A stretch of 64,000 nucleotides of DNA from Octopus bimaculoides (lineage: Eukaryota), in contig NC_068992.1 of the NCBI RefSeq assembly GCF_001194135.2, forward strand, positions 11,139,537-11,203,536, read 5' to 3'. Position numbers and translations under genes: made by a program. The notes under the pieces were generated by a model, which was not told the origin of the DNA, did no database searches, and saw only the letters and a list, made by a program, of their open reading frames with translations. Shown here piece after piece: positions 53,161-64,000 of the stretch. Position 1 is the stretch's first letter; each line of letters opens with the position of its first letter.

Positions 53161-54429
53161 CTCTTAGGGTCACATGAAACAGTGTGTGTGTGTGTGTGAG
53201 AATGGTGGAAATAAATGTATGAGTGTGCTGATTGCAATCAGTGAGCATCAGTGATGAAATTCAGTTTGTATGCAAGTAGGAAAAATTACAGATTGGGTTA
53301 CTAAGATTATTGTATGTTCTAAAGCACTGAAAACTTAAACTATTACAAAGAATGAGAACTAGGAACCCTCAGGAAACTACTGAAACAGTGGTAGCTGGCC
53401 AAGTAACTTAATTTTCAAGTTTTATGAGGAGCCTGCAAGTAACCCCAGCCTAATGAAAGTATGTGTTCCTTAAAATTTTCTGCAGCTTGGAGTTGTGCAC
53501 GTGAGATTTCTTTCTCCCCACTGCCATTTACATTCTTTTTCTTGTGTGTTATATGGAGGTCAATAGGTAAATAGTTTTCAAAGTGCAGAATTCCATTACA
53601 GTAAGTTTGTCAGGAACACAATATATCCATAACACATGTGATGTTTGTACAAGAAAGGTGGAGGAGGAGAAGGAAAATGCAAAGAAAAGATTATACTGTT
53701 TTAATCAACCAAATATTATTTGTTCTTCCCAAAAACCAAAGACGAAACATTTATTTATTAAAATCTAAACTATTTCTTAAAAATTCAAAACAGAAAAATA
53801 ATTGTTTATCGTACTTTCGCAGTATTGACACACAACTACATTATAATCAATATCATTGTCTTAGAAGTTGTTAACTTATCAAATGCTGTTTATATTTAAA
53901 ATTTGCTTTAATCCTATCAAATTTTGATGTCATATGGTTTACATGAGCAAAAGTTTCAAATAATAGAAATAAATTTCTTTACAATTATTCAAACATTTGT
54001 GTAAAAACAAAAAAAAGTTAGAGAATGTAGCAAAAGTAGAAGTCTGTCTAACAAACAACTTGACAGCTCAGGGATTTTTCTCATATGAGAAATGAATGAA
54101 AAAATATGCAACTTGTATTTCAAATCTAGACTATTCCAATTATATAACAGAATATTATTAAATAATAATTGTGTTTAGAAAAATAAATTCATGAGACAAA
54201 ATCTATGAAATTGTAGGAAGAAGTTGGTGTGGAATGCATTATTACATGTGTCTGTTATCACTAGATTCAGGCACAAAAGAAGGAACATATGCAGGCTTAT
54301 TTTATTACTCTAAAATGATATTCTTTATTAAAGAAGTCAAAACTTGAATCTTAGCTACATGACAAAATTATTATAAACAGGAAAAATAATTCCCTACTCA
54401 TCAGAACACACACACACATTCATAAGAGT

Positions 54430-54779
54430 AACTATTACCTTTTTACCTTTTGCTGGTTTCAGTCATTAGACTGCAGCCATGATGGGGAACCATCTTGACA
54501 GGTCTAATCAAATAAATTGACCCCAGAACTTGTTCTATCATTCTCTTTTGCTAGGCTGTTAAGTTATGAAGATATAAACAAACCAACACCAGTTGTCAAG
54601 CAGTGGTGGAATGCATACACAAACACAAAGGCATACACATATATGACAGGCTTCCACATAGTTTCCTCTGCCAAATTCATTGATAAGGCATTGGTCCAAG
54701 GTAGAGGGCACTTACACAGGGACTGAACACAGAACCATGTGGTTGGAAAGTGAGATTCTCGAACACATAGACATGCCTG
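54430..54779 (-). mobile_element. Diverged family B SINE
   Basis: cagtcattagactgcagccatg...gggactgaacacagaaccatgtggttgg. Confidence 0.75.
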
Positions 54780-55279
54780 TGTGTATGACTGAATTTTTTA
54801 AAGAGATATAGAATCAAATATACAATTTTATCTCGAAAATCTTGTGTAAACATAAATTTTCCTTTCCCATTATAAAATGTGTGTTCTTACGCAGCATCAT
54901 CCACAGTAAGTTGGATATAAATGTTGCATAAAAATTATATTTGTAAATCTATGTATCCAACAGAGATTCCCAGAAAGGATAGGTTTTAAAGAATTAAGGA
55001 TATGAATAATTGGTTAAAGTCTCACAGTTTACAAAGAACCCTACCTAGGCAATCCAATGGCACACAAGTAGATCATACAGGAAAGGATTAAAAAGGAAGT
55101 ACTTTAATATGCCTGTGTATGACATTATTTAAAAAAAAAAGATGCTTCAAGTTTAACAAACGTTGTCTGCACACGGCTTAGAAAGAACAGTGCTGGAACT
55201 GTCAGATTCTGTGATTTCACCCTGCCCAGGCCCTCCAGTGGCAGACATCTTGTAATGATATAGTAGCTGAATGTCTACG

Positions 55280-55331
<52 letters not shown>

Positions 55332-56458
55332 ATGTTTGTATGTGTGTGTGTAGAATCAGAAGTTACACAATCACTCAAGGCTTGAGAGGTTTGTGCATAG
55401 CACTTATCAAACCAAGTGTGTGTGTGTGTGTGTGTGCATGTGTTTATCTGTGTGTGTGTAAGTGTGTGGTGGTATTGTTCTCTTGGTTGCTTATGCATCA
55501 AACAAGTGGCAGTAAGCTGCAGCGTAATGAGTCTGTAAGTCATGGACGAAGATCAAAGTCAACTCTAACACTCTAGCATAATTTGAACCGTGAATCTAGA
55601 CATTTGATTGAACTGTAGTAGATGATATGTTGTGCAACTGTATCTACCAGACCATTACTTTGCAGTGTATATAATTATTGTTGAACACAAAGGAAATTCT
55701 AATAAAAGGAATGATGTTACTACTACTACTACAACTACTACTACTACTACTACTACTGTTGCTGATGCTTCTATGTGATTTAATTAAATTCATGACAATT
55801 ATTGACTTTATTTTCTCTATGATTTTTAATGATATTTATTTGAAGTGTGAAAATCATTTACAGAGAATCTAATACAATAAGGCTAAAATGAAAATTACAT
55901 TATTTTCAAGATAATATTTTATTTCCTAACTACTGAAAGATAGCTTTGAAAAATATAATTTTAATTTTCTCTTCTAAATATTATTTTGCAAATTTGCAAA
56001 ACAGTTTTGACTGTTGCTGGTATATTTATTTATTTATTTATTTATTTATATTTTACCTAAGCAGTTTTATATTCATTTTCACATGACTAACTGTATATAT
56101 TACATTAATAGCATGTCAGTGAATATTGTCTGTTATGCATGCATCTACATCTGCATGAGAGTTTGTGTGTGTGCCTGTGAATATATATATANNNNNNNNN
56201 NNNNNNNNNNNNNNNNNNNNNNNNNNNNNNNNNNNNNNNNNNNNNNNNNNNNNNNNNNNNNNNNNNNNNNNNNNNNNNNNNNNNNNNNNNNNNNNNNNNN
56301 NNNNNNNNNNNNNNNNNNNNNNNNNNNNNNNNNNNNNNNNNNNNNNNNNNNNNNNNNNNNNNNNNNNNNNNNNNNNNNNNNNNNNNNNNNNNNNNNNNNN
56401 NNNNNNNNNNNNNNNNNNNNNNNNNNNNNNNNNNNNNNNNNNNNNNNNNNNNNNNNNN

Positions 56459-56590
56459 CACAAAAGTTAGGGATAATTTCGAAAGGAAATGAAAAATAAA
56501 AACATAGATTGGTAAAAAAATAGATTGGTAAAAGTTTTTATTTTTCATTTCCTTTCGAAATTATCCCTAACTTTTGTGGTATGTAGTATT
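56459..56590. mobile_element. Tiny Tc1/mariner-type MITE (perfect 45-bp inverted repeats, 30-bp spacer)
   Basis: 56459-56503 is the exact reverse complement of 56534-56578; the spacer holds atagattggtaaaa twice; the right end reads cttttgtggtatgtag-TA; the left end is lost in the gap. Confidence 0.6.
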
Positions 56591-56683
56591 TTTGCTGCTA
56601 TTTCTAGCGAGTAGATGTCCTATTATAGGCGTCTCTGCATTTCTAATGTATATATATATATATATAGATAATGATGAGGATTT

Positions 56684-56715
<32 letters not shown>

Positions 56716-56729
56716 TACGTGTGCATGTG

Positions 56730-56760
<31 letters not shown>

Positions 56761-58041
56761 GTATATATGTGTGTATATATATATGTATGTATGTATACTT
56801 ATGTGGATCAGAGTAGTCATAAATCTATATATATTATAATTTATAGTGTTTTATTGTACAGTATACAAATTTACACACTCACACACGCACAGACACACAC
56901 ACACACACACACGCACACATCTACCCGCACAGACACACACACATGCAAGATCTGCAGAGGCAAATGCATACATATTACTAACATGTAAATTATGCAAAAA
57001 AGGAAAGAAAAAACATTTTGTGATAATTCAATGTACATTAAAAATATACATATAGACACAATCTCAAAAATATGTGCATGTCTTTATACATATGCATGTG
57101 TGTAATGTATGTATGTGTGTGTGTGTGTGTGTGTGAATGTGGTGTGTGTGTGTGTGTGTGTGTGTGCATGTGGTGTGTGTGTGTGTGTGTGTGTATGCAT
57201 GTGTAGTGTGTGTGTGTGTACAGGACATGTATGAGTTTGCATGTGTTGTTGCTCAGTATCTCATTTTCGTTTTTCAGGTGATTGAACATCCATATTTAGA
57301 ATTTGCTATTAAAACACATCAACTGCATAGCTTTGTTTGGATCACTTGTCACTTGGAAGACAACTGGGTGGTGGAGAAAAGGAAAGATCTCCTGATTATG
57401 ACTTTGGTAGTTGCTAAGAGAGGCAAGACTCAATGCAGACAAGTGAATAGATGAGATGAATATAAGGAGATTGGTATGGAAAAGGTGGGTTAAACCAGAA
57501 AATGAAAAGAGAGAGAGAAAGACAGAGACAGAAGGATTTTAAGACAGGGCAATTAAGAAAAAGCAAAAGAGGAAGAAGAAGAAGAATGAGAAGAGGGAAC
57601 AGGATAAGAAGAAAGGAAGAGCACAAAGAAAAATAATGCAAGGAAAAAATGGGAAAACACACACATGTAAGGACTGGTGACTGGAAAGGCTTTTGAGTAC
57701 AAAGTTCTGTGTCATGTAACTCCCCAATGAAATCTAAGGTGGCATAGAAAATGAGAGTCAAACAAACAAATGGATGAATGAATGAGTTGAAGAAATGTAA
57801 ATGGGACAAATGGTGCAAGAAAGTTGTAAAAGATAAAAGTCTCTAAAAGAACAAGGGTTGTGTTTGCTGATGGCTGAAGAAATATGGATGCAATGTTTAA
57901 AAATAAAAATAGAATAACTTTGACACAAGTGTAGTGATTACTTGTTATCTATAATGAGATGGAGTATGTTGTTTATCATCTTGAAAGATAGCTATATGGA
58001 GGTAGTGTTATGAGGTCCCAACAGACCTACAAAAGCAGACA

Positions 58042-58100
58042 TACAAGGGGGTGCTGAAAAGTTCCTGGTTTAAGGGTATCATGAAAGGCCTGATTGGTGG
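58042..58100 (+). mobile_element. Truncated end of a second mariner-like element
   Basis: TA followed by caagggggtgctgaaaagttcctgg, a mariner-type terminal sequence; it abuts the DD37D remnant. Confidence 0.55.
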
Positions 58101-58610
58101 CCAGATGTTAGAAGTGATTTGGCTGCAGAAATTGTCTGACAACTATGATTGGTTTCTCCTGCTTGTGTTGTATGGTGCAGAGTCCTGTAACCAGACACAG
58201 GGTCTTCCAACAGCCACCCTCTTTACTCAGGGCAACATTACCCCCTCCAGGCACTTCGTGTAAGCCTTGTGTTGAGTATGAGGTCATGTGGGAAGATGAG
58301 CGGAGGCATAACGTCACCTTCACTAGTGATCACTCCAAACACCATGATACTGACTGGATGTTTGACATTTATCACTCTCGGCACATGTCCTCTGAAATAT
58401 TCATATTGGAGCTTCTGCTGTGATTGTCAAGTAGTACAGAATGTCGTTTCCAAATTTCTGGCTGAGTGAATCGTGTCATGGTGCTGTTTTTCTCACAGAC
58501 GGTGCCCAACCGACCCTACGACACTGTGTAGTCGACAAAATCAAAAGCAAGAAATGAGCGTGTGTGAAATTGAAAATATAAAATGGCAACAATTTTCCCA
58601 TTGCACCCTG
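58095..58610 (-). mobile_element. Degenerate Tc1/mariner (DD37D/maT-like) transposon with internal deletion
   Basis: TIR-like cagggtgcaatgggaaaattgttgcc at 58610. ATG at 58479 gives MTRFTQPEIWKRHSVLL, then jumps to KHPVSIMVFGVITSEGDVMPPLIFPHDLILNT / AYTKCLEGVMLP*VKRVAVGRPCVWLQDSAPYNTSRRNQS*LSDNFCSQITSNIWPP. The QDSAP-to-WPP spacing would place the third D at +37. Contains stops and a frameshift. Confidence 0.85.
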
Positions 58611-59320
58611 CATATACATGTGTATATACATGTATATGTATGAATGAATGTATGTATGCATAAATATATGTATGTATAGGGAAGCAGATAGATTTTGCAA
58701 GAATGTATTAAGTGGGGTTATATAATTAGAAGCTCTTGTTATCATCGAGCATCTAGATTAAATGTAAGAATGTTTTTGTGTGTATGTGCATGAGTATGTG
58801 TGCACCTATGCATATGTATGTACCTCTGCTCACATTTTTGTATCTAAAACAAACAAATTATAATCTATAATAATAATTCAATTTGTAGCTGATGTTATTT
58901 TCTTGGAGAATGTAAGCAATAATTTACACTACTTACATTTTCTCATATAGGCACTATTTAATTTCTTTGACTTTTCTTCTAAAATATGTCATCGTAAAAC
59001 ACATTCCAAATTCTTATACTTGCCTTATTTATCATCTCCAATTTTAGAACTGACAAATCTACTGTAGCCTCTGTTTTTATTAACACGAACATTTTCTCAT
59101 TTTCATATCATTACATTGATTATTTTTAGATTTATATTTTCTAATGTTATCAACATTATATTAATATTTTGTATCAAATAATGATGCATTTCCAATTTGT
59201 TGTTCATTGTTGAACAAGGAAGAAGAAATGGTTGAATGCTGGATGCTGTTGTAGAGTACTAGCTGGAAGACCAGAATATTCAATAAAATGCTAAATAAAA
59301 TATTCAAAGTGCTCCTTTCC

Positions 59321-59530
59321 GTGGCCTAGTGGTTTGGGTGTTGCACTCATGATTGAAAAATCATGGTTTCAGTTCCCAGATGAGGCAGTGAGCTGTGTTC
59401 TTGATCAAAGCACTTCATTTCACATTGCTCCAGTTCACTCAACTGCTAAGAAATGAGTAACCCTGCAATGGACGGGTGTCCGATTCAGGGGGCATGTTGT
59501 GACCCAAGTCTCTCGTATGCCAGAGATATG
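59321..59530 (+). mobile_element. Old tRNA-derived SINE with a V-domain-like centre
   Basis: gtggcctagtgg A box and ggtttcagttccc B box, then aaccctgcaatggacgggtgtccgattcagggg, resembling the V-SINE core; related piece at 11360-11480. Confidence 0.5.
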
Positions 59531-60830
59531 GGATCCCCTACCCTCAGACCGTACTTACTTTACATTGTGTGTGGATCCTGCTGACCTTGCCTTTTCTTTT
59601 TTTACCTCCCTCATTGTACTAGATTCAGTTCAATACCTCTTCACCACAAATTTGTGGTTATTGTAGCCAATGATCCCTAATGTTTTATAAAACATTATTA
59701 CACTGGTCACAATTGTGGTTGCCATTGTAACAGCTGTTTAGCTTTGGTGAGCCCTGACTGAGCAGAACTAAGATAAAAGTATTCCAGCGGATAACATCCT
59801 GTTTTGTTTTTTTTTCATTTAGATCAAATAAAGGGTACTATTCAGGTGAGTTTTAACTGTAGCTTGTATCGGACTGAAGGCCACATAGTGACTAATTTGT
59901 TATAGTCGTTGTTTTATGGTGGTGGTGATGAAGAAGATGGTGGTGTTGATAGTGGTTGTGTTGGTGAGAATTTTGATAATGGTAATGCTGTTTTTGTTAT
60001 GGTTGCAATTATTGGTATGAATGATCTACTGTTTTCTGGTTCTGTTTCTGTTTCTTTTATTTTCCTTCAGCTAAAAAAAGCAACACACACACACACATGC
60101 GCACAAACACACACACACACACACATGCACACACACAAACACATACACAAACACAGCAAGGTCTATCAGTATGTCAGTATAGCATTATTTTTGTTTTGAT
60201 ATCTCTACGTGAACACATACACACATGTAAATGAATTCACCCATCAATCACTTCCTCATTGAAAATACTTACTATTCATTAAATAATAATTCTTATTAAG
60301 CATTATACATTTATTATTTAATGGACACATTTTCAATTTTTATTAGCAAATTGTATTCATTGTAAAATTCCAGTTTTCTTTCCACTAAAATGCATCCATT
60401 CATATATTTCAGGAATGTCAAATAATGTAGCCTTTTGTATACCACAAATACCCATGAAAATTTAAAAAAAAAAAAAAAAATTATACTCCCTACCGCTAAA
60501 CAAAAATTATAATGGATCTTGATGCTAGATTTTAGTTTCTATTTATTTCTTTTGTTTTTGTATGTGTTTTCCTTCACTGATTTTCCTAGAGAATAAAAAT
60601 TAGCTTAAACCATAAAAAAAAAAATAATAATAATAATAGCAATACTTGTATGCTTGCAAAAATACCATAAAATTATAATTTAAATTCTAAAATATTTGGA
60701 AAGAGCAGTGTGGGGTGAATTTAGACATTTTGTATATTTGTAATTTAAGTCTTAGAAACATGTCGTAACAAGACCGATTTTGTTTTCTTTTTACTTCAAT
60801 ATTACTCAACATCTTCCGGATTTATAAACT

Positions 60831-60894
<64 letters not shown>

Positions 60895-62811
60895 TGATAA
60901 CGATAATAATCAGAAGAAGAAGAAAAAAATAGACATTTACTAAGCTATTACAATACTAAATGGAAAGCATTGTTCTTATTATTTATTATGATTCCATACC
61001 ATTTTGCTTAAATTACATACATATACACATATAACGATACTCACACATGTTTTTACATATATATATACATATAAACACACATACATGCATATATACATAC
61101 ATAGAAATACACACATATTCATAAACACTCACACATGCACAGGTGTGTGTGTGTATGTGTGTGTGAGTGTGTGTGTGTTTGACATGTAATCTAGGAAAGA
61201 ACAATTTTCCTTTCTAATTTCTTCATTACAATGTAGCCATCATAGACCGGAAACTGTTTAAAATGACTGCCCAAATACAATACAAAACATTATCTTCTAA
61301 ACAACAATAGGGATCTTAATAACCATGATAGTGATCTTTTATCTTGGCACAAAGTCAGCATTATGTGGTTGCTAAAGAGGAGAATCACCTGCACAGACCT
61401 ACATTATTATGGTAAGGGGATTATTTTATCGATTTTGGAGAGCTGAAAGGTGAAATCTGCTCAAGCTGGGTTTGAACATGCAACAAACAAGATGAGGACA
61501 AAACTAAATACTAAAAGGACTGAAAAAAATACCTTGTAATATCTAATTGATAAGCTTTATGTTCAGAGTGCAGATCCAACTGCAGTTAATAAAATAAAGC
61601 ACTAAAGAAGTGCTAGGGGACCATTAACGGTGACTCCTGTCTTCCTCATGGGCATCAGTAATGTAAGAGGCAGGCTACTATAATTTTATAAAGGGTGTAC
61701 CATTGCTGTTTCAATCTGTGCTCTTATGTTGAATTTAGTTGAAAACTCTTTAGGCAGGTACTAAATGACTTTGAAATGAAATAAATCCTTGGGAATGTAA
61801 ACCTGCAACTTGTTTCCAATTCGTGGATGTTAATTCTCAGTTCATTTATATCACTAATAAACTTATGTGCTGCCTGACATTACTTCTCTTACCTATGATA
61901 AACATTGGTTGGTACCATTGCTGTGTTAGAAATCAATACTAAGTAGCTACTGTAATAGAGTTCCTTCCAATTTCACTTAATTTATTTACCAGAGTCTTTG
62001 CAATGTTGCATTTGAGCTGAATTTTTAAGTTGTTTCACATTAGAGAGAACTTACCATTTACACAGTTTAATGCACTTTCCTGCATATGATATTGTGTTAT
62101 CAATGTTTGTATACTGAACAAATAAAACTTTCACTTATTATCGCCTAAGAAGGAGTAACAATTGGCCTATGTTCCACTTATTCAATATTGGTGGAAATTT
62201 GAATTGCTTTGCGATAAAATGAAAAATCAGGACTAAAATGTAAATAAATATCTTAAATTTCAATGGGTACAATGAGAAAGTTCTTTCTTCAGATTAAACT
62301 ACATTCAATCAACTGCTCAAGGTATTGTACCGTCTTTTATCTTTAATCTACAATTCTTTCTCTTTCTCTCTCAATATATGTAATTTCATTTTCCTGCATT
62401 TCCTCAGGTAAATAGCCGTACTTATAGTGATAAGATACTTTAGAAAAATGATTGTTTCTGTAAAACCATACAGGGCTATGCTTTTGCATTATATTTCAAG
62501 GCAGAAATATGGAAATTTATTAATAAACTACCACATGAATTTTCAGAGATAATCAGCAAGTATTATCGAATTTTATGTGCATGAATATCTTTTTCTTTTT
62601 TAATAGAAATTATGTAAATAAAATATATATTAATGTTTGAAGGGTTTTAATACAGAATTTTTCAGGAAAGAATATATTGCTTATTTCAAGCCTAATTTAA
62701 AAAAGAAAGTTTTCAGTTGTGATTAAAGCATGAATAATTTAGAAAATATTTGTGGTACAAGAGAATTACACACATGTAAATTTTGCATTTTCAATATATA
62801 TATATGTGTGC

Positions 62812-62864
<53 letters not shown>

Positions 62865-63410
62865 CGTGTACACATAGGCAATTTGACTTTTTTTACTTTT
62901 TACATCACATATATTAGTTATCTGTTCCTTTTCTTTTTTAAATAAATAAGAGATACATAAAAAAAAAGAAAAAGGAAAATACACAGCTTTGTATTTTGCT
63001 TATATTGTAAAAGTCTTCTTGATAGAAACAAAATAAATAAATTTCAAATATGTACTAAAACTCAATATTTTGCAGACACAAAAATGTTAGTATTCAATAT
63101 CTGACAGAGAGGAGAGATAATGAAGAAGAATTATTCTGGTTATCTGAAAGTCACTTCCGAAAATATTCATGCAATAAAAACAGAGAGATTTGCAACTAAT
63201 TTTACAGAGTATATTGTGTGCATAGTAGAAGAATCCTTAAAAGTTATTTAAGATACATTCTGTAACACAATGCTAACATGAGCATTTAACTAAAGTAATA
63301 TAATGGATTTATCGTTAGAGTGCTGTATTGGAATGAGATGTGAATCTGTGTGCATGTGCATATACATATATGTGAGTGAATGTGTGTGTGTGTTGATATA
63401 TATGTATATA

Positions 63411-63444
<34 letters not shown>

Positions 63445-63827
63445 NNNNNNNNNNNNNNNNNNNNNNNNNNNNNNNNNNNNNNNNNNNNNNNNNNNNNNNN
63501 NNNNNNNNNNNNNNNNNNNNNNNNNNNNNNNNNNNNNNNNNNNNNNNNNNNNNNNNNNNNNNNNNNNNNNNNNNNNNNNNNNNNNNNNNNNNNNNNNNNN
63601 NNNNNNNNNNNNNNNNNNNNNNNNNNNNNNNNNNNNNNNNNNNNNNNNNNNNNNNNNNNNNNNNNNNNNNNNNNNNNNNNNNNNNNNNNNNNNNNNNNNN
63701 NNNNNNNNNNNNNNNNNNNNNNNNNNNNNNNNNNNNNNNNNNNNNNNNNNNNNNNNNNNNNNNNNNNNNNNNNNNNNNNNNNNNNNNNNNNNNNNNNNNN
63801 NNNNNNNNNNNATATATATATATATGT

Positions 63828-64000
63828 GGAGGTGCAATGGTCCACTGGTTAGGGCAGTGGACTTGCGGTCATAGGATCGTGGTTTCGATTCCCAGACCGG
63901 ACGTTGTGTGTGTTTATTGAGCGAAAACACTTAAAAGCTTCACGAGGCTCCGGCAGGGGATAGTGGCGAACCTGCTGTACTCTTCCACCACAACTTTCTC
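63828..64000 (+). mobile_element. tRNA-derived SINE family A, cut by the window end
   Basis: ggaggtgcaatggtccactggttagggcag...ggtttcgattcccagaccgg matches the other copies. Confidence 0.88.

Noticed and set aside
57289-57454. Plus-strand acceptor with an open frame (VIEHPYLEF...)
   Set aside because: No recognisable protein and no strong donor.

Overview
AT-rich, repeat-dense animal genomic DNA; not prokaryotic, with no CRISPR, rRNA or true tRNA genes. The SINE families, microsatellite load and the Ig exon suggest a coleoid cephalopod, most likely Octopus (inference). There are eight assembly gaps, most bordered by (TA)n: 16577-16999, 22862-23580, 25660-26414, 28585-29022, 32386-32395, 34462-34827, 56192-56458, 63445-63811. 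Only one protein-coding exon is well supported: a 208-nt minus-strand exon (37444-37651) encoding the C-terminal two-thirds of a Dpr/ZIG-8-like V-type Ig domain, so most of the window is probably giant intron or intergenic DNA. The rest is at least five SINE or LINE-tail families, LINE remnants, a DD37D(maT)-type Tc1/mariner remnant, piggyBac- and Tc1-type MITEs, and microsatellites. The most unusual signal is two different repeat families that fold as minimal type-I hammerhead ribozymes of the Penelope-like-element kind, sharing an extra A after the core and a GAAAC-GUH palindromic stem III. One sits behind a tRNA-like Pol III head with an inverted terminal copy (27117-27428), which suggests a SINE/retrozyme-like hybrid. 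Ribozyme activity and all weak exon candidates are untested inferences. Repeat boundaries are approximate unless TSDs are given.
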